Shown here one piece after another: positions 28,290-41,513 of a DNA stretch of 64,000 nt (position 1 is its first letter; each line of letters opens with the position of its first letter). The notes under the pieces are model-generated. The model ran no database searches. It saw only the letters and a program-made list of their open reading frames with translations, and was not told the origin of the DNA. Location: NCBI GenBank assembly GCA_964016885.1, contig OZ024742.1:189348001-189412000 (forward strand), given 5' to 3'. Source of the stretch: Eledone cirrhosa. Taxonomy: Eukaryota. The position numbers and the translations under genes are program-made.

Positions 28290-28472
28290 CTTATTTCTAC
28301 TTTTGACACAAGGCCAGCAATTATCCCAGTGCATTACTGGTACTTTATTTTATCGACCCCGTAAGGATGAAAAGCAAAGTTAACCTCGGCGGGATTTGAA
28401 CTCAGACCGTAAAGGGACGTACCTCTATGCTGCAAAGCATGACGTCCGACGGTGTATCGATACTCCCAATCC
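28290..28472 (-). mobile_element. Meta-domain-like SINE
   Basis: Homologous to 3152-3340. Confidence 0.8.
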
Positions 28473-28914
28473 AGAAACACATCCTCTCCTTCTCTGATAA
28501 AATTATCAGCCAAGGAAGACCCCATGCATGTTTAGCCTTGACTATTCAAAACCGCATGAAATCTCCTAACATTTATCTAAGAACCTATGTTATATTCTAA
28601 AAACCAGCTTGATTAGTGCGACAGTTTGCTTTGTTATTAAATACCTCTAAATTGTTAATTATTTTAAGATGTGTTTAAAAAATCAACGCTTTATCTTTCA
28701 TTTGAAATATTGTAAGAAAAAGGTTAATCTGCTCCTGCAAATTGTGGTGGTGGTAGTGGTGGTAGTGGTGGTAGTGGTGGCGGTGGTGGTAACGGTGGTG
28801 GTGGTGGCAATGAATCTATCTATAATTACATAAATATATATAGTTTTTAATTATTTTTATTTTCTTTGCAAGATTTTTATCGGAAAATTCTGGAGTCTTC
28901 ATATTATATAAGGA

Positions 28915-29003
<89 letters not shown>

Positions 29004-29510
29004 ACAGGGAGAAAGAGACGATTATGAGGAAGAAAAATATTTGTTTTTCCTTTTTTTTTGTGTCTCTCTCTCTCTCTTTTTTCTGGGTTAGAAAATGATT
29101 AAAACGAAATGTTTTACTTTGTGTTAAGTGTTAAGGTATTAGTTGATTTATTTATTATTTAACAATTTATCAATTTATCTATTTATATATTTAATTATTG
29201 TCTATTACCGGTTTCTGCATTTATATGCATTATCAAATGATAGTGAAATGTGTGGTGTCGCACATGTTAAACAGAAGGTGCAGAAAGAATAATGTTATAT
29301 ACAAACAAGGTTTAAGAAGTGAAAAGAAAAAAGAAAAAGGAAAAAAAAAACGTGCATATTGTGGAACGTAAAAAGTCAAAGTGGAAGAAAAGTTAATGTT
29401 ATTTACAAGCACAGTCATTGAAATTAAGCAGTTCAAAATGTGTTAATATCGCAAGAGTGCTTAGTTGAACCGTGGTTCCGTGAAGGAAGCAAATATATAT
29501 ATATATATAT

Positions 29511-29921
29511 AGGAGGTGAGTTTTATTGTAGTACAATAAAGCAATGCAGATATCGGATAAGAAGCACTCTACAGTTTGTAGGACTGGAGTATACATAATA
29601 TATAAGATCAAAAGATGGTTAAAGGAGTTCCATGTATTTTATTATGCGCATTTCAAAAACAAACATCATCATGCAATAATATTTGTGTTTTCATCAGATA
29701 AAACAGGAGAACATGATATGAAGGCTAAAAAACACTTGTGGATAGTGCAGTTGATTTAAAACTGTTGATTTAAAACTGCACTATCCACAAGTGTTTTTTA
29801 GCCTTCATATCATGTTCTCCTGTTTTATCTGATGAAAACACAAATATTATTGCATGATGATGTTTGTTTTTGAAATGCGCATAATAAAATACATGGAACT
29901 CCTTTAACCATCTTTTGATCT

Positions 29922-29931
<10 letters not shown>
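29511..29931 (-). mobile_element. Long palindromic Penelope-like remnant, family P4
   Basis: 158-bp arms (29595-29752 / 29774-29931); spacer holds a 14-bp direct duplication GTTGATTTAAAACT; left tail reads TACTC...GTAGAGTGC on the - strand. Confidence 0.8.
29821..29891 (+). ncRNA. Type I hammerhead (mirror on - strand at about 29635-29705)
   Basis: TGTTTTAT-CTGATGA-AAACACAAATATTAT-TGC-ATGATGATGTTTGTTTTT-GAAA-TGCGCA-TA-ATAAAATA; palindromic stem III ATGCGCAT. Confidence 0.85.
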
Positions 29932-29962
<31 letters not shown>

Positions 29963-30141
29963 CATAGTATAATAAACCTTGAAGGAATTTTATTTTATAA
30001 TAATTAACTCGGTACACGCACCACGAAGAACACAAACGAAGACGGGTGACTGGCATTACGTCGAGTGCTCTCCCTAATATTACATCAAGGTTGACTAAAC
30101 GGAATGACCAGTTCTATCCAGTGGTGAACCAACAAACCTAA

Positions 30142-30187
<46 letters not shown>

Positions 30188-30193
<6 letters not shown>

Positions 30194-30354
30194 AGATTCG
30201 GGACTCCGATCTCTGAGTTCGGATTTAGCTGTCGAAACGGCCGGAGTTCAGCCGTTGGGGTCCCAAATCTTTTCATATTACCCACTCTAGTACCCCAAGT
30301 ATCGAGTACTCTGGTGTGTTATGGTCCACGTGGTACCTTGCCACACCCTCTCTG

Positions 30355-30356
<2 letters not shown>
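30188..30356 (+). mobile_element. Family P2 remnant
   Basis: ATGAAAAGATTCGGGAC / GTCCCAAATCTTTTCAT arms; tail ACTC...TATCGAGTAC. Confidence 0.7.
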
Positions 30357-30453
<97 letters not shown>

Positions 30454-30587
30454 CATTTATATATATATATATATATATACATGTATATATATATGCATAT
30501 ATATATATGGATATATCTATATCTATATATCTATGTATATATATATATACATGTATATATATATATATATTTAGATATATATTCATG

Positions 30588-30624
<37 letters not shown>

Positions 30625-30906
30625 TTAGATATATATTCATATATATACATATATATATATATATATACATATATATATGGAGTGAGTGTAGAGAAGATGC
30701 GTATATAGGAGTGTATACAATATGTTTATGTTCTATAGACATACATAAGACTCGGGGTGGTTGTTCTAAGTTGCAATGTTACGTATGATAGTTCTACATA
30801 AACATATATACTTCCTTATAACCCTCTGTTCTGAATCACGCTGTGCTAGTACTACTGCGTGCGCGTGTATATATATATATATATATATATACGCACACAC
30901 ACACAT

Positions 30907-30950
<44 letters not shown>

Positions 30951-31394
30951 TCTTGCGTGTACATTCAGTCATTTTCACGACTAAATAATTTTGTTTATCG
31001 TCAGCTGTACTCCCACTACACACCTGGAATTCTTGTCTGGTCTCTCTAGCACCTTTCTATCTCTGTCCCTCTCCCCTTCTCTCTCTCCCTCTTCCTCTTT
31101 CCCTCTCCTCTCTCTCTATTTATCTCTCTCTCCTCTCTCTCTCTCTCTCTCTTCATCTCTCTCTCAAGTCAAACTCCACTCACCCTTTTCTCTATCGGCT
31201 GCTCTACTCAAAATCTTCTCCTCTTACACACACACACACACACACTTTCTCACTCTCTCCCTTTCTCACACTGTCACTCTGTCACTCCTTCCTCTTTGTC
31301 TCTCCCCCTCTCCCTCTCCCCATTCCCACTCTCTATTTTTCTAACTATAGCTCTCTACCTCTCTATCTTGCTCTCTCGATTTCCTCTACCCCCT

Positions 31395-31426
<32 letters not shown>

Positions 31427-31544
31427 CTATTTCTATCTATCTATCTATCTATCTCTCTCTCTATATATATACATATCTATCGTCTGCCCAGTCAAACTCC
31501 ACTCGGTTTCTTTATCGCTTGCCTACTCACACTGTGTATCACTT

Positions 31545-31800
31545 CTCATTCGTTCACTCTCTTCCCCCATCTCTCACACTATATCTCCCTCTCTCCCTCT
31601 CTCACCCTCTCTCTCCATTCTCTCTCTCTCTCCCTCTCTCTCCTTCTCTCACTCTCTTCCCCCATCTCTCACACTATATCTCCCTCTCTCCCTCTCTCAC
31701 CCTCTCTCTCCATTCTCTCTCTCTCTCCCTCTCTCTCCTTCTCTCACTCTATTCCCCCATCTCTCACACTATATCTCCCTCTCTCCCTCTCTCTCCCCTC
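31545..31800. repeat. CT-rich ~90-bp tandem repeat (3 copies) in a polypyrimidine tract
   Basis: TTCCCCCATCTCTCACACTATATCTCCC recurs at about 31562, 31656 and 31752. Confidence 0.8.
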
Positions 31801-32291
31801 TCTCTCCCTTCTCTCTCTTTCTCCCTCTCTCTCCCTCTCTCACTCACTTCCACTATCTTACACATTATATTTCACTCTCCTTTTCTCTCCCACCCCTCTC
31901 TCACCCACCCACACACACACACACACACATTATCTCTCTCTCTCTCTCTCTCTCCACCGACACACACATTCTCTCTCTCTGTGTCTCAAATACAGACACA
32001 CTCTCTCACTCTCTCTCTCTCCCACTCTGTCTCTCTCTCAGTCTCTCTATCTGTCTATCTGTCTCTCTCTCTCTGTCAGTCTCTCTCTCAATCTCTCTGT
32101 CAATCTCTCTGTCAGTCTCTCTGTCAATCTCTCTTTCTCTCTCTCCACCCACACACACACATTTTCTCTCTCTCTCAAATACTCACTCTCTCTTCCCTCT
32201 GTCTGTCTGTCTCTCTCTCTTTCTCTCTCTCTCTGTCCCCCCTCTCTCCCTCTCTGTCTCACCCTTCTCTCTCCCCCTCTCTCTGTCTCAC

Positions 32292-32344
<53 letters not shown>

Positions 32345-32951
32345 CTATCTCTCTCTCTCTCTCTCTCTGTCCCCCTTCTCTCCCTCTCTATCTCCCTCTC
32401 TCCCTATCTCTCCACCCACGTTATCACACCGCTATCGTCATAGTCAACCCACGCCATATTACATCAACCCACGCTATATTTCTGCCACTTGTAGCTCAAT
32501 TTCAAAACAAATTCTTTACTCGTAGCTCTTGCTTAATTCAATCCCAATCTAAAAATATGTGTGCATGTGTATCTATGTATGTATGTATCTATGTATCTAT
32601 GTATATATGTATGTATGTATATATGTATATATATGTATGTATGGTTTTATAATTTCACAAATTATTTCCCAATAGAGAGAGAGAGTCGGTTTCTAACATA
32701 GACCCAAGACTTTCTCATTGGGATTTACACAATATCAACTAGGGAGATTATGTCTGCACGTCTGCATGCATGCATGTGTAGATATGGATGTTATTGTATG
32801 TGTGGATGTGTATGTTTTGAGTTGCATGTGTGCATGTGTATATGCTTTGTATCTGTACATGTGTATATGCAGTTATTAGATGCAACATTTTTGGAATGTA
32901 TGTATGTATGTATGTATGTATGTATGTATGTATGTATGTATGTATGTATAT

Positions 32952-33855
32952 AAGGGCAAAGGAGCTCTTAAGAGTCAATGGCCATCCAAAATCACAGGGA
33001 GAGATGACCCCTTAGCCTTTGTCAAGGCAGAATTCTAGGAGAAGGAAAACTCTGATATAACACCTGCAACCCTGATGGTATCCAATGATGTTGACTTGTT
33101 CTTCTTTTTGGTAAATATCATCTTGGTTAAGAGAGTGGGACTGGCTTTGTGCAGTGCCTTTGCTCACTATAAAAGCTTCACGGCACAGGCATTGCTTTAT
33201 ATCTGGAGATATCTCTGCACTTGTCATCACATGTACCATGGGCCCAGCACTATATGTCAATAATGGTCACAAGTGGGGTGTTTGTGCTAGAGTTTTCAAG
33301 TCGGTGGCTGGACTAAAAAGTCACACTCGTTCAGCGCATCGGTAGGGGTTCTCCTACATGGATATAAAGTAGTGGCCGTACTCGAAAACGAGTTGGCAGC
33401 CACCATGTATGTATGTATCCAAATGTATGTATCCAAAATCACCGGGAGAGATGACCCCTTAGCCTTTGTCAAGGCAGAATTCTAGGAGAAGGAAAACTCT
33501 GATATAACACCTGCAACCCTGATGGTATCCAATGATGTTGACTTGTTCTTCTTTTTGGTAAATATCATCTTGGTTAAGAGAGTGGGACTGGCTTAGTGCA
33601 GTGCCTTTGCTCACTATGAAAGCTTCACGGCACAGGCATTGCTTTATATCTGGAGATCTCTCTACACTTGTCGTCACATGGTAGCATGGGTCCAGCACTA
33701 TGTATCAATAATTGTCACAAGTGTAGTCTTTGTACCAGAGTTTTCAAGTCGCTGGCTGGACTAAAAAGTCACACACGTTCAGCGCATCGGTGGGGGTTCT
33801 CCTACATGGATATAAAGTAGTGGCCGTACTCGAAAACGAGTTGGCAGCCACCATA
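32952..33855 (+). mobile_element. Two tandem copies of a ~430-bp non-autonomous RTE-derived element
   Basis: ATCCAAAATCAC...GAGTTGGCAGCCACCAT duplicated (32984-33405, 33431-33853); the end translates VCARVFKSVAGLKSHTRSAH, similar to the RTE C-terminal Zn-finger remnant; (TATG)n tails. Confidence 0.6.
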
Positions 33856-34166
33856 TATGTATGTATGTGTGTGTATGTATGTATGTGTGCATGCTTGTGT
33901 GGATGTATGTATAAGTGTGTGTTTGTATAGAAGGATGGATGGGTTTAATGTATGCATGTATGTATGTATTTATGTATATTTGCGTGCATGCATGCATGCA
34001 TGTATATTTATATGTATGTATGCATGGATTTATGTATGTATGAACATATGTATGTATGCATGAATTTATGTATGTATGTACGTATGTATGTATGCATGTA
34101 TGTATGCATGTATGTATGCATGCATGTATGTATATATGTATGTATCTCTGCATATGTGTATGTAAG

Positions 34167-34236
<70 letters not shown>

Positions 34237-34900
34237 CGTATGTATATATGTATGTATATATGGATGTATGTATGTATGTGTGTATGTATGTATGTATGTA
34301 TGTATGTATGTATGTATGTATGTATGTATGTTTGTATGTATATATGTATGTATGGGGGCGCTAGCTGTGTGTGTTTATGTGTGAGTTTGTGTTTGTGCGT
34401 ACGTGTATATATGTGTGTAGAGCACCTGTTAGTGTGTGTATATATATATATGTATGTATATATGTATGTATATATGTATGTATATATGTATGTATGTAAG
34501 TATGTGTGTATACACGTATATATGTATGACAAACGCAACATCAATATTTTCAGCTATACAAAGGTGGCGTATATCTAGAATCAATATATTGAAGGTCCTT
34601 CAGTAATGGTTTCCTAAAGGAGCTCTGCCTAGCTGAGGTGATGATGACGTTGAGTTAATATAATTACTGGTACTTATATCTCCTGGTAACATGTTGAGCT
34701 GCATCTGTTGCTTGTCAGAATACCGTTTACATGCACTAAAATTTGCATTTCTTTTATATACATATATAGCCGTATATATGAGTGTGTGTATGCATGCGTA
34801 TATAAATAGAGATGTATGTGTGTCTATAGAGATACATATGCACGTGTGTGTGTGCAAATATATATATATATATACAGAGAAAGAGATCGAGGAGTTGTAC

Positions 34901-34975
<75 letters not shown>

Positions 34976-35043
34976 GCACGTGTGTGTGTGCAAATATATA
35001 TATATACACAGAGAAAGAGATCGAGGAGTTGTTCGATATATAT

Positions 35044-35082
<39 letters not shown>

Positions 35083-35084
<2 letters not shown>

Positions 35085-35291
35085 GGAACCAGTAAGACCC
35101 CGACAGCTGAGCTCAAGCCGTTTCGACGGCTAATTCTGGACTAAAAAATTTTTAGTCCAGAATTAGCCGTCGAAACGGCTTGAGCTCAGCTGTCGGGGTC
35201 TTACTGGTTCCTATTACCCACTCTACTACCTCAAGTATTGAGTACTTTGGTGCGTTATGGTCCACCTGGTTCCTTACCACATTTCCTTCGT

Positions 35292-35292
<1 letters not shown>
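35083..35292 (+). mobile_element. Family P2 palindromic remnant
   Basis: ~65-bp arms meeting at AAAAAA|TTTTT; hammerhead 3' half GAA-ACGGCT-TGAGCTC-AGCTGT-C-GGGGTC; tail ACTC...TATTGAGTAC. Confidence 0.75.
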
Positions 35293-35351
<59 letters not shown>

Positions 35352-35359
35352 GAGATATG

Positions 35360-38326
35360 TTTCATTATTAGCCACACAAAAGAAGGGGACAAATACAAAG
35401 GTGGGAAGTTTACATACAATAAAAACGTGTAAAATATTAACACAAATGCAATTTAAAAATTAGTCGATTTTCCCCAATAGGGGGAGACATTACATATGGG
35501 TAACACATACCCCCGAACAAAAAAATGTGCAACCCTCATCTCCAGGAGTACGAAGAGTTTGTACTCCTTTCCTCTCCTCTTTTTCCTCAACCTACAGGCT
35601 GATATAGAGAGAAGGCCCATTCACTCGGGCCATTCTCGCCACTTTCACCCACCTTTCATAAAACTTGCTGGGGTACAGCATCTCTCTCTCCATCCGGATT
35701 CTTCTTCCAACGTGGTATTTGAAAAAAAGAATCAGTTGTTGGCCGGAGAGAAAGGTGTCTGACCTCAGCCCTTTCAACCTTGTCCACCATACAACCTCTT
35801 TCGCCATAGCTATCACACAAAGGAAAACCGCCTCTCCTTCGTTTTTGAAGGAGGGTGGCGGTTTGATCATGACAATGGACTCGGTGGTCAACCGGATTGG
35901 TCCCACCCGCGACAATAGTCGTTCTACATAGCCCCACAGGTCAGTGACGCCCGGGCTGTGTATGAATGTGTGCGCGACGGTTTCTTCGTTACGCACGCAC
36001 CTCGGACAGATCTTTTTTGCAGGGTCCCTGCCCGGGCGCTCATATCTGTAGAGCTTGTCTCGAACTGGTAGAGCTCCTCAGTAGCACTGCCAGGCCAGGG
36101 ACTTTTGGAAGTTGTCCATCGGTCCCGGGCGGAAGGTCCTAGCGGACAGACTGGCCAATTCATCTTCCTCTACGCCTAGAGTTTCACCGAGCGCGTTGTC
36201 GCACTTGCTGCGGATCAATCCTCTATAGAATGACGAAGTGGAGTCTCCACTGATCGCCTGAGCACATTCGATGTGCCAGTCGCCCATTTTCCTCGGTCTT
36301 TGCTTGACCCAGGACTGCAGCTCGGTCAGCGAGACGAGTCGTGGGAAGGCTCGCTTCACGAACAGGGCCCACACCGGTTGTCCGGTGAGGAATACGTAGA
36401 GATGCCGCAGCCTGAGCGCGTGTTTGCGCATCGTCAGCCACGGCATCCCCAGCCATCCGTTGGAAGGGTGTTGGCAGCAGATGAATCTTCTCACCAAAGG
36501 AGCCCGCCTCTTCCAAAGGAATTGGCAGAGCGCGCGCTCCATTTTGGTGAGCGTTTTGGCTGGACAAGGCACGACGGTCAAGCGGTAGTAGATGACGGAT
36601 GCTATAAAAGTGTTCGCCACCTCCGCTCGACCTTTCAAGGATAGTTTGCACTCGGTCCACTTCTGGGTAAGTGCAAACACCTTCGCCGTCATCTCGTTCC
36701 AGTTCTTCTCCACCTGGAGGTCCGGACCAAACCAGACCCCGAGCAGCTTTACCGGTCCTTCCGTCCAGCGTCCGACGACGCCATCGGAAGGCATCGGTTT
36801 GCCTCTCCACGTTCCGAGTTGCAAACCGATGGACTTGTCCCGGTTGAGCTTCGCTCCTGTGAACTTTTTGTATTCCTTCAGTAAGGTGCCGACTTCCTCG
36901 TTTTGCGAGGCGCTCGACACCATTACTGCCACGTCGTCGGCGTAGAGCAACGCCGCTTTCCGCAGTCCCGGTTCCAGAGGGATGCCCTGCAATAGCTCCA
37001 ACTTCCGCAGTAGTGGCACGAGAGTCAGCACGTACAGAAGGGAGGAGAGAGGGCATCCCTGTCGAATGGATCGCGTGATATGGAACGGCTCCGAGAGGTA
37101 GCCGTTCACCTTGACCCTTGAGCATCTGTTGCTGTTGTGCATTGCATCAATCCAACACCTGAACACGGGTCCGAATCCTGCCGCCTCGAGCACCGCATCC
37201 AGGTAACGATGGTCAAGCCTTAGACTGATCCAAGTTGATCAGGGCCCCACCGAAGCCGGGTTTACACCTACCCTCTCTATGATGTATCGCATGAGGTGGA
37301 GGTTGTCGTGTATGGACCTGGTCGGGATTGCGCATGTCTGCGCTTCTCCCACCAGGTTCTCGACGACAAACGCCAGCCTCTTTGCCAACACCTTGGCCAA
37401 AATCTGTAACTCTGTGTTTAGCAGAGTTATGGGCCGGAAGTTACCTATGTCATCCCCCTTATTCTCGTCCTTCCTGACTAGCGTGACTACGCCCCCGGTC
37501 ACAGAACTGGGAATTCTCCCGTTCTGTTGCCAGTTGCAGTAGACCGCTTCCAGGAGACCTGAGAATAAGTCCGGCATTGCTACGTAAAATTCGTAGGGTA
37601 GACCGTCGAGACCTGGAGATTAGTGTTTGCCGCATTGGCTCAGCGCGTCCCCTATCTCAGCGGATCAAATCGGCTTTTCGCAGAACTTTGCTTCCCTGTC
37701 CGAGAGTCGCGGTAGGCCGTCGAGGTATGGACCGAAATCAATAGCCCCTCCCGGCGCGCTGCCCTGCCCGAACAGTTGAGCAAAGTGCCGCTGAAAGGCC
37801 GCACACATTGCTTTGGCTCACGTATCACGCGTCCGTTTTCGTCCTTCAAAGACCGAATCGTGGAATTGTTGCCACTTTTTGCCTCCGTCACTCGGGCCCA
37901 GCTAACAGCTTTGGCTCCCTCGTTTCCCAGAGTACGTATTTTGCTTCTAATAACGCAGCCCTCGTGCTTTGCATCGAAGAGCTGGTCCAAGGCCGTTCTC
38001 GTTGCTAGCACGCTAGCTACGTTGCCACTTCTAATTGCCTCTTCTACTTTATCTACCAGTTCCTTCTCGGTTCTATTTTTATCTAATGCTAATTCTTTAC
38101 TAAAAACTAACGAGTCTAATCTAACTGCCCTCTTGATAGAGTACCACCATCTGTTGTTGACAATGGCTCCTGTCAAGTGCTGTTTAACTAAAGTGCTAAT
38201 CCGACTACTGTAGGCTGTGCATGTCGGTAACGACAAGTTCAGCTTCCAGTAGCCGGGTCCTTGTCTATGGGTTCTATCAAGGTTGACCATGCAGGTCACT
38301 AGTTTGTGATCTGAATAGGCAACCAT
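35360..38326 (-). mobile_element. 5'-truncated Tx1/L1-clade non-LTR retrotransposon
   Basis: Colinear ORF2 pieces: SDHKLV...GPGYWKLN (end of APE domain), NFRPITLLNTE, RQGCPLS...YADD, C-terminal ETVAHTF. Confidence 0.95.
35592..38326 (-). pseudogene. Frameshifted ORF2 (APE end, reverse transcriptase, C-terminal domain)
   Basis: Split across ORFs 37652-38326, 37239-37577, 36078-37193 and 35592-35996. Confidence 0.9.
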
Positions 38327-38426
38327 GAACCGTTACTTTTGGAAGACATCCTTGATGTCTTCCAAAAGTAACGGTTGCATTTTGAAAGGGTACATCAATG
38401 TTTATTTATAAAACTGGTATATATTG

Positions 38427-38491
38427 TATTTTGTCTGATGAAAGCATACCATAATTTAACATGGTATCCTTGAAATATGTATAATAAAATA
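38427..38491 (+). ncRNA. Type I hammerhead in a P3 arm (38328-38532)
   Basis: TATTTTGT-CTGATGA-AAGCATACCAT-AATTTAAC-ATGGTATCCTT-GAAA-TATGTA-TA-ATAAAATA. Confidence 0.8.
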
Positions 38492-38530
38492 GATATGGTT
38501 TTATAAATATAGTTTCCATTTGTTAACATC

Positions 38531-38581
<51 letters not shown>

Positions 38582-38707
38582 AATATAAATTAGGAAAATT
38601 AATAAAGAGAATACAAAACAACGAACGAAAAGAGGGCAGAACAAAAAACAATATTTTTGAAGAGAAAGCCTTAAAAATTATGTATATATATATATATATA
38701 TATAGAT

Positions 38708-38847
<140 letters not shown>

Positions 38848-38849
38848 TA

Positions 38850-39245
38850 GCACCAAACTTTGGCATTGAGAGCTGGACCAACACCCGAAAAGGACGTCAC
38901 GGAGTGGCGTCAAAAGTCCCGTCTTTCACATCTAGAATAAGTAGCAGATATTGCAATAACCAGGGGTTCAAAGGTCCTCAACTCTACAACAAGCTGCCAT
39001 GAAATTTGAGAGATCTGTATGGTGCGGACGTGGATGTTTTCAAGAAACATCTTGACACCCTGCTATCCAGGATCACGGATGAGCCCACAGCACGGTAACA
39101 AGGTAACCTAAGGGCAGCAACAACGAACTCCCTCTTACATTAATGGCTAGCTAACACAGGCTGGAGATAGACAGTGTAGCAACAAGGGTGGTGCCCCAGC
39201 ATGGCCTTAGCCGGATTGGTGGAACAGGTAAAACAGTAAAAAGGA
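38850..39245 (+). mobile_element. CR1-like LINE 3' fragment
   Basis: GPQLYNKLP*NLRDLYGADVDVFKKHLDTLLSRITDEP; 3' end GGTGCCCCAGCATGGCC...ACAGGTAAAA also appears at about 57162-57218. Confidence 0.7.
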
Positions 39246-39276
<31 letters not shown>

Positions 39277-39457
39277 GTTTACCTGCTGCTAGTCTTAGGT
39301 GCGCCATCTGGAATCACTACACTACAGCTGTCATATCTAACCTATACTCACCTTTCTCATTTCTATTACTATTACTACTATTACTATCATTGTTGATAGT
39401 AATTGCTGCTGCCATTATCTCTCTCTACATATATATCTATATATCTATATCTATATG

Positions 39458-39542
<85 letters not shown>

Positions 39543-39544
<2 letters not shown>

Positions 39545-39830
39545 CTGCCTTGTCCTGCGTCTCCAACAGACCAGTGTCTGTCCTTAAGGCATCAACATAC
39601 GTTAACATTGGTCTTCCTCTTCTTGTGTGTCCATGTAGGGGCTCCCAAAGGAGCACTGAGTGCAATGTCAACTCTGGATGTTGGTGAGCATGTCCAGCTA
39701 ACCTCAGTCTCCTCTGTGTCACTTTTGAGCTGACTTTTGGGATGCTCCCATACAGCTCTGAGTCATGAGGACATGGCAGCGATAATGAGGGACAGAGACC
39801 GCTGGAGAGATCTCGTCCATGGATCTCGGG
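39543..39830 (-). mobile_element. RTE-clade LINE fragment
   Basis: [23 protein letters not shown]...[23 protein letters not shown]. Confidence 0.8.
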
Positions 39831-39945
39831 AATTTTACCCGCCTTAGATATATATATATATACCACCACCCCACTCTCAAAAGCGTGAAACTAATAAACC
39901 TTTGTTCGTACTGCCTCTCTGTTTTGTTCCCGTTCATTTTTTTAT

Positions 39946-39999
<54 letters not shown>

Positions 40000-40064
40000 A
40001 AGCTCCAACCGTTAAGGTTGTCTTTTTTCCGGGTATGTCAATATTTATTTATAAAACAAATCTG

Positions 40065-40130
40065 TATTTTATCTGATGAAAGCGCACGATAATTTGCTTT
40101 GGTTGCCCTTGAAATATATATAATGAAATA
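40065..40130 (+). ncRNA. Type I hammerhead in P3 copy 39998-40264
   Basis: TATTTTAT-CTGATGA-AAGCGCAC...GTTGCCCTT-GAAA-TATATA-TA-ATGAAATA; tail TACTC...GTTGAGTG follows. Confidence 0.8.
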
Positions 40131-40261
40131 AATATGGTTTTATAAATATAGTTTCCATTTATTAATATATTGTGTATTTACTCCACTAACTTGTTGAGTG
40201 TTTTATATCAGTTATACAATTTTTTAAGCTTGTTGAATCCCAACAAATTAAATATAACCTC

Positions 40262-40298
<37 letters not shown>

Positions 40299-40631
40299 GT
40301 CTGGCCCATGGAACCAGAGGGAATAAGGCGTTAAGCAGTGATGATGATGTAATGGCAGGGCAATGCCTCCACCTATAACCGGTATGATCAAGTTACCATC
40401 TTTCCGTTTTACCTATATATATACACAAAACAACGTCGGGGCTGCCTCCCACGTGCTTTCTCGATCTGCTATAAACACCAACTAAATCACCCTTAAATCA
40501 CACTTTTCTGTTGTTGACTGACTGAAGGCCTTGACATAATTCTAGAACTATCTGGCTGGGAATGTCTTTGATCATAGGATCTGCTTAATCAAGGTTGACC
40601 TTAACATAACCACAATAGTTACATATATATA

Positions 40632-41510
40632 TACCTACCTACTTACCTACCGACCTACCTACAGATATACCTACCTACCTACTTACCTACCTACCTACCT
40701 ACCTACCTACCTACCTACCTATCTACCTACAGATATACGTACCTACCTACCTACCTTCCTACCTACCTACCTAAGTACCTACCTACCTACCTACCTACCT
40801 ACCTACCTACCTACCTACCTACCTACCTACAGATATACGTACCTACCTACATATCTACCTACCTACCTACCTACCTACCTACCTACATATCTACCTACCT
40901 ACCTACCGACCTACCTACCTGCCTACCTACCTATCTACCTACCTACCGACCTACCTACCTACCTACCTACCTACCTACCTACCTACCTACCTACCTACCT
41001 ACCTACCAACCTACCTACCTACAGATATACGTGCCTACCTACATATCTACCTACCTACCTACCTACCTACCTACCTACCTACCTACCTACCTACCTACCT
41101 ACCTACCTACCTACCTACCTACCTACCAACCTACCTACCTACAGATATACGTACCTACCTACATATCTACCTACCTACCTACCTAACTGCCTACCTACCT
41201 ACCTACCTACCTACCTACCTACCTACCTACCTACCTAACTACCTACCTACCGACCTACCTACCTGCTTACCTACCTACCTGCTTACCTACCTACCTACCT
41301 ACCGACCTACCTACCTACCTACCGACCTACCTACCTACCGACCTACCTACCTACCTATCTACCTACCTACCTGCCTACCTACCTACCTATCTACCTACCT
41401 ACCTGCCTACCTAGGTATCTATCTAGCTCTCCAATTACTTACTTATCTGACTACCTACCTACATAGTTACCCACCTACCAACCTAGGTAGCTACCTAGCT
41501 ATCTATTTAC
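40632..41510. repeat. (ACCT)n tetranucleotide array with recurring ACAGATATACGT interruptions
   Basis: Read directly. Confidence 0.95.
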
Positions 41511-41513
41511 CTA

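Noticed and set aside
31296-32652. Long ORFs (409 and 377 aa)
   Set aside because: Stop-free translations of CT-rich low-complexity sequence with no domain signal.
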